Origin: Candidatus Eremiobacteria bacterium
GTDB lineage: Bacteria; Vulcanimicrobiota; Vulcanimicrobiia; Vulcanimicrobiales; Vulcanimicrobiaceae
NCBI GenBank assembly: GCA_963737065.1
Contig: CAVTRC010000001.1
Span: forward strand, 2,080,001-2,144,000
Direction: 5' to 3'
DNA: 64,000 nt
The notes below the pieces were generated by a model. The model was not told the DNA's origin. It ran no database searches and worked only from the letters and a program-made list of their open reading frames with translations. A program made the position numbers and the translations under genes. Shown one piece after another: positions 8,828-18,230 of this stretch; the stretch's first letter is position 1; the number at the start of each line of letters is the position of its first letter.

Positions 8828-9598
8828 TGCGCCGCGTTCGACCGATGGTCTTTGAAACGCGCACCGCGTTTCCGGTTTCCGCTGCCTGCGTCGTCGCAAA
8901 TGGAGTGCGCGAGACGCTTTGCGCGCTATTGCAGTCGACGGTCGAACTGCGCCTCTTCGAACCGACGGTACCATCGAAGAACGGCTGGCGCGCGATCGTC
9001 GACGGTGCGCGTCTCTATCGCGTTGCCGGAACGCGCGCGAACGCGGCGATCGTCATACGCCCGGCTGCCTGCATTGCGCTCGCGACGGCGGCGTTCGGAG
9101 AAACGGGAAGCGGTGCGCGTCCGCTCTCGAGCGTGGAAACGACCGTTCTCGATCGTATCGTGAACGCCGTAGCGGCAAATTTCGCCGCCGTCTGCGGCGC
9201 GCGTCCCGAGGGAGTCGTCCCCCAACCGGTCACCGACATCGACGGATTCCTTACATATTTCGAACTCGCGCTCGAACGGCCGGTGCCGGCTTCGATCGGC
9301 GTAGCGGTTCAAACCTACGCTCAGCGCCGAACGCAACGGCGGCCTCCGTGTCGAGGATTTGCTCGACGTCGAGATCGAGTTGCGCGTTTGCACCGAGGGA
9401 ACGATCGTTCCGATTGGGGAGCTAGCGGCAGTACAGCCTGGCGTAATCGTGCCGATTACTGTATCAACCGGCCTAACCGCCGTCGCAACCATCGCTGGGA
9501 GGCCACTTGCCCGTGGGGAATGCGGCGTCCGGGGCAACCGGTTTGCTTTGGCGATCGGACTCTCGCCATGCATTGAAAGGGGAAGCGAACCGGAATGA
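8824..9598 (+). CDS. fliM: FliM-like C-ring protein, frameshifted near 9305-9340
   Basis: [14 protein letters not shown] (FliM middle domain) in one frame. SpoA domain [10 protein letters not shown]...[16 protein letters not shown] in the next frame, ending at fliN. Confidence 0.65.
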
Positions 9599-9870
9599 TG
9601 ACTGTCGATACAAAGAAAGTGAAGGACCGCGCTAACCTTGACGTGCTGATGCACGTGCCGCTCACCGTGACCGCCGAACTTGGAACATCGAAGATGTCCG
9701 TCGCGGAAGTCCTCAAATTGGGCACCGGTTCGATCGTCGAACTCGACCGCCTCGCCGGCGGCCCGGTCGATCTTCTTGTAAATAATAAGCTGATCGCGCG
9801 CGGCGAAGTCGTCGCGGTCGATGAGAACTTCGGCGTTCGCGTCACCGAGTTGATTTCGCGACCGATTTAA
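9595..9870 (+). CDS. fliN: C-ring protein FliN
   Basis: [10 protein letters not shown]...[44 protein letters not shown]. Confidence 0.95.
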   Translation: MMTVDTKKVKDRANLDVLMHVPLTVTAELGTSKMSVAEVLKLGTGSIVELDRLAGGPVDLLVNNKLIARGEVVAVDENFGVRVTELISRPI

Positions 9871-9909
9871 CGGCACGCGCGTTCACGCCGTTGCAATAAT
9901 GGGTTCACG

Positions 9910-9937
9910 CAAGGGTGACGCGTACGCGTCACCCTTG
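9910..9937. promoter_or_regulatory. Perfect 28-bp palindrome between fliN and fliP
   Basis: CAAGGGTGACGCGTACGCGTCACCCTTG is its own reverse complement. It ends 4 nt before the fliP ATG. Confidence 0.6.
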
Positions 9938-9941
9938 TTGC

Positions 9942-10598
9942 ATGGATGGACTGTTCGCCCTTGCCCATCACGCGGGAGGGACTCTTCCGCTAGACATCCT
10001 CGTCAGTCTGACGCTCCTTTCGGTCGTTCCGTTTTTGTTGATGATGTGCTCGTCGTTCGTGCGCATCGTCGTCGTCCTCTCGCTCGTGCGCTCGGCGATC
10101 GGAACGTCGTCGCTTCCTCCAAACGCGGTTCTTTCGGGACTCGCTCTCGTGCTCACGTTCGTCGTCATGGCGCCGACATTCAGGCAGATTACACGCGACG
10201 CAATCGATCCGTACGCGCACGGCCGGCTTTCGCAATCGCAAGCGCTCGATCGCGCGACGCAGCCGCTTCGTGGCTTTATGTTGCGTCAGACACGCGTGAG
10301 CGATATCGAACTCTTCGAACGCGTTGCCCACGAACGTAGCGGCCCTCCGTCCACGGCGCCGCTGCTTGTCCTCGTGCCGGCGTTCGTGGTCGGCGAACTG
10401 CGCAGCGCGTTCGCGATCGGTTTCGCGCTGTATCTGCCGTTCGTCGCGATCGATTTGGCGGTTTCCGCAATGCTGATGGCACTCGGCATGATGATGCTCA
10501 GTCCGCCCGTCGTTTCATTGCCGGTGAAGCTGCTGCTTTTCGTCATGGTCGACGGCTGGGCGCTCGTGTGCGGAGGCGTGACCGCCTCATTTCGGTAA
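9942..10598 (+). CDS. fliP: Export gate protein FliP/SctR
   Basis: SFVRIVVVLSLVRSAIG..PPNAVLSGLALVLT, PAFVVGELRSAFAIGF, LGMMMLSP..VSLPVKLLLFVMVDGW. Confidence 0.95.
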   Translation: MDGLFALAHHAGGTLPLDILVSLTLLSVVPFLLMMCSSFVRIVVVLSLVRSAIGTSSLPPNAVLSGLALVLTFVVMAPTFRQITRDAIDPYAHGRLSQSQALDRATQPLRGFMLRQTRVSDIELFERVAHERSGPPSTAPLLVLVPAFVVGELRSAFAIGFALYLPFVAIDLAVSAMLMALGMMMLSPPVVSLPVKLLLFVMVDGWALVCGGVTASFR

Positions 10599-10607
10599 AG
10601 AAAGCCC

Positions 10608-11504
10608 ATGCGAATCTCCGATGCGCTCGCGACGGTCCGGCCGTTCTTTTCGTTCGAATTCTTTCCGCCGAAGGACGATGCCGGATCGCAGCAACTCTTT
10701 GCCGCGATTGAAGCACTCGCGCCGCTTCGGCCCGCGTTCGTTTCGATCACGTACGGCGCGGGCGGATCATCGCGCCACCGTACCGTCGCGCTTGCGAAAC
10801 AAATTCAAGCCGAAATCGGACTGACGGTCATGGCGCATGTCACGTGCGTCGGCTCGTCACGCGCGGACCTGCGCGAACTCTTTGACGATCTCGCTGTCGC
10901 CGGCATCGAAAACGTCCTTGCTCTTCGCGGCGATCCGCCAAAAGGGGCAACCGAATTTAAAACGCCGCCCGGCGGCTTCTCGCATGCAACGGAACTGATC
11001 GCGATGCTGCGCCGCAACTACGATTTCTGCATCGGCGCCGCGTGTTATCCGGAAGTCCACGTGGAAGCGCCTGACGCAGACACCGATCTGCGCCATCTCA
11101 AAGAAAAAGTCGACGCGGGCGCCGAGTTCCTCATCACCCAACTGTTTTTCAACAACGACCGATTCGCCGCGTTCGACCGCCAAGCGCGGTCGCTCGGCAT
11201 CAACGTTCCGATTCTCCCGGGCTTGATGCCGATCACGAACTCCCAGCAAATCTCACGTTTCACGTCAGCGATTGGCGCAACAATTCCACCGAAGCTCCTA
11301 CGCGAGCTCGAGCTGCGCGCGCAAGACGGCAAAGCGGTGGAAGATCTCGGCGTGGCATACGCGGCGTTACAAGCCACGGAACTGCTGCAGCACGGCGCCG
11401 CCGGTATCCATTTCTACACGCTTAACCGCTCACCGGCGACACGCGCTATCGTCTCAGCACTGATAGCAGGCAGCGCGTGGCGTCCGCTATTCGCGCTTCG
11501 CTAG
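10608..11504 (+). CDS. metF: 5,10-methylenetetrahydrofolate reductase
   Basis: SFEFFPPK, SITYGAGGS, LALRGDPP, CYPEVH, KVDAGA..ITQLFF, HFYTLN. Confidence 0.96.
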   Translation: MRISDALATVRPFFSFEFFPPKDDAGSQQLFAAIEALAPLRPAFVSITYGAGGSSRHRTVALAKQIQAEIGLTVMAHVTCVGSSRADLRELFDDLAVAGIENVLALRGDPPKGATEFKTPPGGFSHATELIAMLRRNYDFCIGAACYPEVHVEAPDADTDLRHLKEKVDAGAEFLITQLFFNNDRFAAFDRQARSLGINVPILPGLMPITNSQQISRFTSAIGATIPPKLLRELELRAQDGKAVEDLGVAYAALQATELLQHGAAGIHFYTLNRSPATRAIVSALIAGSAWRPLFALR

Positions 11505-11523
11505 TTCGCAAGACCGCACGCGC

Positions 11524-12207
11524 TTACTCGATGTGAATGCCGAGCTCGGTTCGCAGCGTCATGTTTCCGTCTGACGTAATGTCGAGCGACCGGTCTCGCG
11601 GATTACGGCGGACCCACTGGTGTGCGACAAATCCATCCAGCAGCGCCGCGCCGAGCGCGCCGGCGACGTGGTGACGCCGCTCGGTCCAATCCATGCACGC
11701 GCGCGCGAAATGTCGACGGCTCGTCCGTACGCTGTCCAGATCGATTCCTATGTTGGCGAAGAACGATTCGCCGTTGCGCGTGATGGTAAACGTGTCGTCA
11801 CGCGGCGACAGGAAGCGGCGCCCGGTGAGCGCCTCCGTGACCGCAACGCCCAACCGCCCCGCGAGGTGATCGTAGCACGAGCGAGCGCGTCGAAGACGCT
11901 GCATTGCGGTGTGTTGGTTCAGCGAAGTCACCGGTGCGGCGGGCGCAATGGATGCAAGTACTTCGATGGCGTGCGCGATGTCGGGCGACGCTAAACGGAA
12001 CAGCCGCTGACGACCCGCGTTGCGCGCGGAGATCAACCCGCCGTCATTGAGTTTCGCAAGATGTGCGCTCGCCGCTTGCGGCGATGCATCGCCGCGAAAC
12101 GCCAGCTCGGAAGCGGTTCGTTCGCAGCCGTCCAGAAGTGCGAAGAGCATCTTCGCACGCACCGGATCGCCGATCAACGCCGCAACTTTCGCCACGTTTG
12201 GTAACAT
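11524..12207 (-). CDS. ArsR/SmtB-family wHTH regulator
   Basis: IGDPVRAKML..TASELA..ASAHLAKL, ARSCYDHLAGRLGV, CMDWTERRHHVAG. Confidence 0.9.
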   Translation of the reverse strand: MLPNVAKVAALIGDPVRAKMLFALLDGCERTASELAFRGDASPQAASAHLAKLNDGGLISARNAGRQRLFRLASPDIAHAIEVLASIAPAAPVTSLNQHTAMQRLRRARSCYDHLAGRLGVAVTEALTGRRFLSPRDDTFTITRNGESFFANIGIDLDSVRTSRRHFARACMDWTERRHHVAGALGAALLDGFVAHQWVRRNPRDRSLDITSDGNMTLRTELGIHIE

Positions 12208-12219
12208 GGCGCGATTGTA

Positions 12220-14931
12220 TCATGTCAATGCTTCAGGTCTGCGTGAAACGAGAGGTTCGCGAGCTTTCGATTTGCCGCCCCCGATCGCCCGGCGCGCGAG
12301 TTGGAAAACCGCCGTCGGATCCAGTTGCGCGCCACGCTGATGCTGTTCTTCGAACCATGCGTGCGAGTGACGCTCGGTGACGCTGCACACCACGTCCGCG
12401 CGCGCATCGCGCTCGGTCTCGATCAACGGGAACTTTAGGCGCAGCCGCAACGCGTCCACCCCGCCGAAGAGCTGCGCCGCGAGCTCGTCATCGCCGCGAT
12501 GGCAGAGCAGTCGTGCAGCGGCTTCAAGCGCGTCCGGCAGTTGCAGCGATAAATTGTGCTCCCGGATGATCGTCAGACTTTCGTCGATGCACCGTTCGGC
12601 TTCCGCGTAGTTCCCGTCGAGCAACTCGACCTCGGCAAGGTGATTCAAACCGCTCGTGATCAAGAAGTAGTATTGCATCGACCGTCCGATCGCAATCGAT
12701 TGTTTGTATTCATCGCGTGCGAGAGCGAGTTCGCCGCTCTGATGCGCGACGTTTCCGAGAGCGCCATGCGCCCACATCAACAGGAGACGATTGCCCGTTC
12801 GCTCGCACAACGTTATCGCTTCACCGGCCGCGTCGCGCGCGGAATCATACTCTCGCAAAGCCGTGTTGCAAAAGCTTAGGTTGATCAGGCACTTCGCGGT
12901 GGTGACGTGATCCGATCCTTCTTCGAAGATGTCAAGCGCGCGTACGAGCAACGACCGGCCGCGCTCGTGATCTCCGGTATTCATGACGATGCCGCCGAAC
13001 GCAACGAGTGCATCGGCCAGTCCGGCGCGATCGGGCAACAGTTCTCGAAGTCGGACGCTTTCTTCGCCGTCGCGGAGCGCGGCATCGGTTTCACCGTGCG
13101 CTTTGCGCAGATCTGCTGCGCGGCTGAGCAGCAGTGCGCGGACGCTTTCATCGGCAATTCCGGCCCGTTCGATCGCCTCGAGAATATCGGCGCCCTCGCC
13201 GTAAAAGCTGCGCACGAGCCAAAACGGCATGAGCTCGAGCGCGAGCGCGACGCATTCGTCGCGGCGCTGGACGACGGCCCACGATAACGCCCCAACAACG
13301 TCGGCATGCGACGTCACGAGTTCTTCGATACACGTCGAACGGCTTTGCGCGTCCGCCCGAGCAAACGCATCGATCTTGCGCGAGAAGTAACGGAAGTACC
13401 GTTCCTCGAGTTCATCTCGACCCGCTGAACTATCCAGTTGTTCGAGCGCGTAGGTGCGAATTACGTGCAGCAGACGGAAACACGCATGTTCCTGATGCGC
13501 GTCTTTCGTGACGAACGACTTCTCCACGAGCGCGGTCAACGTATCGAGGACTAGCGCGGCGGGAAGCCGCTCGTCTGCGCAAACCGCTTCGACGGCGTCA
13601 ATGCCGAACGCAGCGCGGAAGATCGCAAGCCGTGCAAAGAGCAGCCGCTCGGGCTCATCGAGCAGGTTGTAGCTCCATTCGATTGCCGCGCGCAGCGTGC
13701 GGTGGCGTCCGTCTTCCTTCTTGTCGCTGACCAGCAATGCGAATTGCTCGTCGAGACGCTGAACGACTTGACGCGGCGAGAGCGTACGAAGCCGTGCGGC
13801 CGCAAATTCGAGTGCGAGCGGAATGCCGTCGAGCCGTTCGCAAATTTTGATGAGGTCCGGTGCATTTTTTTCGGTGATTTTGAATGTGTCGTCGTGCGCC
13901 TTGGCCCGGTCGAAGATCAACCGCATGGCGTCGGAGCGGCGCACTTCTTCGAGCGGCATGTTGTCGCGCGGCAGCTGAAGCGGCGCAATGGAATAGACTT
14001 GTTCGCCGGGCAGATAAAGTCGTTCACGGCTGGTGACGAGAAGCTTGACGAATGAGGCAACCTTCAATATCTGCGAGGCGAATTCGGCGATCGCTTCTAG
14101 ATATTGCTCGGAGTCGTCCAAGATCAGGAGCGTTTCGTGACCGCCGAGGTGCTGTACGATCGTTTGGAGTGGGTCGCGTCCGGCGATCTCCAAGCTCATC
14201 GTGTTTGCAACGGCGACCGCGACGTCCGTCGTCAGCGCTTCGCTGACCGGTATGAACCATGTTCCGCCTGGAAAGTTCGGCAAGACGTTGTTCGCGAGTT
14301 GAATCGCGAGCCGTGTCTTTCCAACGCCGCCCGGGCCGACGATCGAAAGAAGGCGCTTCGCGCGCAGCACCGATTGCAGGTGCTTGAGTTCGCTCTTTCG
14401 TCCGACGAACGTGGAGAGCTGATTCGGAATATTGTTCGGAGCGATCTCGCCGAAGCGCGAACGGCGCGCGTCGCCTGCGCGCTGATCGATTGCCTCGATG
14501 AGCGCCGCCATATGGACGTCGAAATCGCGCGCTTCATCGACGCGCGCAGCATTCAGTGCTGCGAACCACTCCAGGCCTGCGGGAAGATCGCGCTCTGCCG
14601 GCATGCGAGCGTTGTGCACCAATACCGGTAGAATGGCGGTTCCCGCGGCGGCGGCCGTTTCGATCTCGAGGCGAACGGGGTCGTCCGCCTCGTGAATTCG
14701 GGAGAGCTGCTTACCGCGCGGACCGCGCCATTTCGGGCCCACGACGACGAGCAGAACGTCGGTTTTCTCCAGCGTGTGCGCGATGTAGTCGTGAAAATTT
14801 TCGCCGAACGGAATACGGTCGATGTCGATGAACACCGATTCGCTTCCGTAATTCTGCGTGAGCCGGTCGAAAATCGCGCGGCAAATCGCCGCGGAGTCGG
14901 CTCGCCGGTACGATATCGCGATGCGCCTCAT
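12220..14931 (-). CDS. TIR - STAND (NB-ARC-like) NTPase - TPR protein
   Basis: N-terminal TIR (ISYRRADS, VFIDID, VRLEIETA), GPGGVGKTRLA, LLILDD, LDGIPLALE, then a helical TPR-like C-terminus. Confidence 0.88.
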   Translation of the reverse strand: MRRIAISYRRADSAAICRAIFDRLTQNYGSESVFIDIDRIPFGENFHDYIAHTLEKTDVLLVVVGPKWRGPRGKQLSRIHEADDPVRLEIETAAAAGTAILPVLVHNARMPAERDLPAGLEWFAALNAARVDEARDFDVHMAALIEAIDQRAGDARRSRFGEIAPNNIPNQLSTFVGRKSELKHLQSVLRAKRLLSIVGPGGVGKTRLAIQLANNVLPNFPGGTWFIPVSEALTTDVAVAVANTMSLEIAGRDPLQTIVQHLGGHETLLILDDSEQYLEAIAEFASQILKVASFVKLLVTSRERLYLPGEQVYSIAPLQLPRDNMPLEEVRRSDAMRLIFDRAKAHDDTFKITEKNAPDLIKICERLDGIPLALEFAAARLRTLSPRQVVQRLDEQFALLVSDKKEDGRHRTLRAAIEWSYNLLDEPERLLFARLAIFRAAFGIDAVEAVCADERLPAALVLDTLTALVEKSFVTKDAHQEHACFRLLHVIRTYALEQLDSSAGRDELEERYFRYFSRKIDAFARADAQSRSTCIEELVTSHADVVGALSWAVVQRRDECVALALELMPFWLVRSFYGEGADILEAIERAGIADESVRALLLSRAADLRKAHGETDAALRDGEESVRLRELLPDRAGLADALVAFGGIVMNTGDHERGRSLLVRALDIFEEGSDHVTTAKCLINLSFCNTALREYDSARDAAGEAITLCERTGNRLLLMWAHGALGNVAHQSGELALARDEYKQSIAIGRSMQYYFLITSGLNHLAEVELLDGNYAEAERCIDESLTIIREHNLSLQLPDALEAAARLLCHRGDDELAAQLFGGVDALRLRLKFPLIETERDARADVVCSVTERHSHAWFEEQHQRGAQLDPTAVFQLARRAIGGGKSKAREPLVSRRPEALT

Positions 14932-14995
14932 GTCCGAGTCCGCTAGAAAACGAGCACAGACGAGTGATACGACAGAGGGGGCGCGGTACTCTTTG

Positions 14996-16225
14996 TTAGA
15001 GTGACGCGGCCCCTAGCGCGATGTTCTCAGCGAAGAAGACATCCGTGCGCGGGCACGCGTTCTGTCCCTGGACGCAGCCTACGATGCCGAGCGGATTTCC
15101 GCGGGTGGTCACCCGGAGAATCGTCAGTTGAAGCGTCGCCGGCGTAACGTAGCCGACCCGCTTGCCGTCTTTCTCGGTGAACCACATGCGACCAATACTA
15201 TCCGGCGTAATGCTTACAGGTGTTTGCCCGTTTCCATTGTTCGGCAACGCAATGAGCGACGGACTATTTCCGCCGGTCGGGACCTCACCGATCGAATTGA
15301 GTCCATCGTCGGTGAACCAAATTGCGCTCGAGCCGGCCGCGATTGCGCTAATGTGCGATTTATTCGGGAGCGCGAAAGAATGAACGATCTGGCCGGTGGA
15401 TGGGCTCACGGCGTAGAGAATCGACGGATTGTTCGCGGTGCCGTTTTTGCTTCCGTTGAGCGAGGGATCCGTCGCGACCCAAAGATTTCCGTCGGGTCCG
15501 ACCGCGGACGCGCCCAGCGGATGCGTGAACACCGGTGAGACGCACCCGACGCCGATGCCCAACAAGAAACCTTGCCACCCGGCGGGCGTAAAATGATCGC
15601 CGACGACGAACACGCTCGTGCCGCCGGCCGAAGCGAGTGAAACCCATTTATCGCCGTAGTTTCCGCTACGGAGCAGGCTCCATGTTTCCGTCGGAATGTT
15701 GTATTGCTCAAGCAGCGGCTGCGATGACGGCGTCGGCACCGGTCCGGCCGCGAGCGGCATCTCCAAGGCCGAGGCCGTGGTTCCATTCGTCGTCGTTCCG
15801 AGCGCCGTAACGGTCGATCCGGCGGCGATCAGCACGCCCGAGGGGCCGCTGTTTTTCGGAACCGAGGTCCACGTTTGACGGGTACGCGACTGAGCGGCTG
15901 GGCTCGGCGATGGGAGCAAATCCAGGTTCGAGTCGAAAATGTCGACGCCCGTTGCCGTCGTCGCATAGATCTTCTGATCGGAACCGACCGCGATGCCGCC
16001 GAGCAGTTCGTCTTTTGTGGTCTTCTCTCGAATGGTATTGCAACCGCACGGACTCGATGACGGCGTGGCCGTCGCCTCGGCACCGGGTGCCGGATTGCCG
16101 CTCCCGGATCCGCCGTTGTTTGAGTTCACGGGCGCGGGCGGTGCCGGTGAACCGCCGCCGCATGCAACTAACGAACAAGATACACCCGCAATGAAAAGAA
16201 AAAGGACCAGAGCACGTCGGGACAT
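14996..16225 (-). CDS. Lipoprotein with Vgb-like beta-propeller repeats
   Basis: GGAGG RBS before ATG 16225. Lipobox LVAC. Repeats GPDGNLWV, AIWFTD, GRMWFTE. Confidence 0.75.
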   Translation of the reverse strand: MSRRALVLFLFIAGVSCSLVACGGGSPAPPAPVNSNNGGSGSGNPAPGAEATATPSSSPCGCNTIREKTTKDELLGGIAVGSDQKIYATTATGVDIFDSNLDLLPSPSPAAQSRTRQTWTSVPKNSGPSGVLIAAGSTVTALGTTTNGTTASALEMPLAAGPVPTPSSQPLLEQYNIPTETWSLLRSGNYGDKWVSLASAGGTSVFVVGDHFTPAGWQGFLLGIGVGCVSPVFTHPLGASAVGPDGNLWVATDPSLNGSKNGTANNPSILYAVSPSTGQIVHSFALPNKSHISAIAAGSSAIWFTDDGLNSIGEVPTGGNSPSLIALPNNGNGQTPVSITPDSIGRMWFTEKDGKRVGYVTPATLQLTILRVTTRGNPLGIVGCVQGQNACPRTDVFFAENIALGAASL

Positions 16226-16334
16226 GGGACGAGCCTCCGTCAAATAGACTGCCATGCTAACCGTAGCCCGCAGTGTACGCGTGCGTATCGTAACGAACGT
16301 CCCGATAGGTATAGGGCCTAAGGGGAACCGCTTG

Positions 16335-17888
16335 CTATGTGTCCGGCATCTCTATCGGGCGTTCGCGATGCGCGAGCAGCCAATCGGCGTTCTCGGATAA
16401 CGCTTCACGTGCAAGCGAACGGAATAGTGCGCGCGCGGCCTCCGGCTCCTGGTCTTCCCGCTGCAACATCTCCCGCAGCTCTTTCGCGGCCGAGCGGTAG
16501 AGGTCCGACATGCGCGCGTATTCGCGCGCGTGGTACGCCCATGCCGACCGATCGGCATACCCATGAATCAAGGCAGACAACGCCGCGAAAACCGATATAA
16601 AAAATATGATGAATTCGCGCGCGTGATCCACACGCAACGGCACCAGCTCGTTCGCGACCAGCGCGAGCGTTAAAATGCTCACCGCGAGAATCAATACGCC
16701 GCTCGCGCGCTGTGTGAGCGCGACGCGAGTTTCGTCACGCCTTTTCGCGCGCGCAAAAAAGCGCTGCTGATCTTCAACCCACGCCTCACGCGCATCGCGT
16801 GCGCGCTCGACCCATTGCTGCTCCTTCAGGTGACGTTCGGCATGCCACCCGTCATAGCGCGACGACGAGCGCAATGCTTTACGCACCCACTCGAGCTCCA
16901 CTTCATGCTTGCGTTCGTACAGCGCGCCGAGGTCGCTGCCGAGATCGAGTGCATTCCAAAATCGCTGGATTCGCAGCGCTTCGCTCAACGCCCGGTAGTC
17001 CTGACTTTTTGATTCATAGCGTCGAGCGCGCGCAGACGCCACGACGAAGAACGCGGCGGCGAACGAAATGAGGTTCGCGATGAGAAAGATAATGGGCGGA
17101 GCGCCCGAGCTCAGCGAGACGTCTAATTCGTATCCGAGGAGCGCTAACACCGCGGCCCCGATGAACGCAAAGGTGCAATCCAACGCGCGGTTCTGTTCTG
17201 CATGGAACCGCATCGCGAGTTCATCGGCAACTGCGAAAAGCGTTGGACGCGGCTGCACCGGAAAGTCGGCCTCGGCATCACGGTTGAATTCGTCGACACG
17301 CGACCACGTTGCCGGTTGCGGCATATGATGGGTTCGCGATATGCGCTGCTCGACGTTCGTCGAGCCGTTGCGTGAGACGATGATCCAATCAATCGGTTCG
17401 GTATTTGCGATGCGCGCGTCGACCACGTCGGCCGTCCCGCCCGCGCCGCGAGCGGGCAGACCGTCCCAGAGCGCGATCAGTAAATCGCTCGTACTCGCGA
17501 TAAAAGCGCCGAGTTCTGCATAGCGCTCGTCGTCTCCGATCGGCCCCGACGCGGTCGGTACGACGAAACTCGTCTTTGCTTGCGCAAGAAGCGCATCGAA
17601 CGATTCCAACGACCCCGGCGTCGTGAAGTCTTTTCGGTATTCATCAACACTCACCGGCAGCGGAACGATAAGTTCGAGCTCGAGCGCGAGCGCTGCCTCC
17701 GCGACGATCCGGTCGGCGCCCTCCGCGAGCGGTGAAAGCACAACGATCGGCGTGTGCGGATAATCGCGACCCAGTTGGCGTAGCCGCTCTGTCACTAAAT
17801 CTCGCGCCGCATCGACGTGCGCTTCCGCGACGTCCCGATGGCCGGTGACGCCGACAAGCAAGGGGATTGCGCCGTCTGAACTGGCCAT
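16335..17888 (-). CDS. SLOG (YspA-like) domain fused to two SLATT-like 2TM modules
   Basis: VGVTGHRD, LSPLAEGADRIVA, DLLIALWDG..GGTADVV. Two TM pairs are followed by DYRALSEALR and EALSENADW. Confidence 0.72.
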   Translation of the reverse strand: MASSDGAIPLLVGVTGHRDVAEAHVDAARDLVTERLRQLGRDYPHTPIVVLSPLAEGADRIVAEAALALELELIVPLPVSVDEYRKDFTTPGSLESFDALLAQAKTSFVVPTASGPIGDDERYAELGAFIASTSDLLIALWDGLPARGAGGTADVVDARIANTEPIDWIIVSRNGSTNVEQRISRTHHMPQPATWSRVDEFNRDAEADFPVQPRPTLFAVADELAMRFHAEQNRALDCTFAFIGAAVLALLGYELDVSLSSGAPPIIFLIANLISFAAAFFVVASARARRYESKSQDYRALSEALRIQRFWNALDLGSDLGALYERKHEVELEWVRKALRSSSRYDGWHAERHLKEQQWVERARDAREAWVEDQQRFFARAKRRDETRVALTQRASGVLILAVSILTLALVANELVPLRVDHAREFIIFFISVFAALSALIHGYADRSAWAYHAREYARMSDLYRSAAKELREMLQREDQEPEAARALFRSLAREALSENADWLLAHRERPIEMPDT

Positions 17889-17960
17889 TGATTCCTCGCG
17901 GACGTGAGGACGCGATATTCGCGCAATATTTTCGAAACGCCCGCACGATAGCGTCGGCGC

Positions 17961-18230
17961 ATGGATGGGTTTGCGGGACTGCTACGCGAGGCAATGGTTT
18001 TGGCGGCGGTGCTCTGCGTGCCGGTGCTCGGTGTTGCGGCTCTCGTTGGAACCGCGATCGCGGTCGTGCAAGCCGCAACGCAAATACAGGAGCAAACGTT
18101 GACACTGCTTCCCAAGATGCTTGCCGTCGGCTTCACGATCGCGCTCTTCGGCGGCTTTGCGATGCACGCGTGCGAAGCGCTCTTCCACCACGCGCTCGAT
18201 GCGATTCCCGCACTCGTGTACGGCCCGTGA
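17961..18230 (+). CDS. fliQ: Export gate protein FliQ/SctS
   Basis: LVGTAIAVVQAATQIQEQTLTLLPK. Confidence 0.95.
   Translation: MDGFAGLLREAMVLAAVLCVPVLGVAALVGTAIAVVQAATQIQEQTLTLLPKMLAVGFTIALFGGFAMHACEALFHHALDAIPALVYGP

Noticed and set aside
9300..9345. Programmed frameshift in fliM
   Set aside because: No slippery run is seen, and the window has many other probable indel errors.
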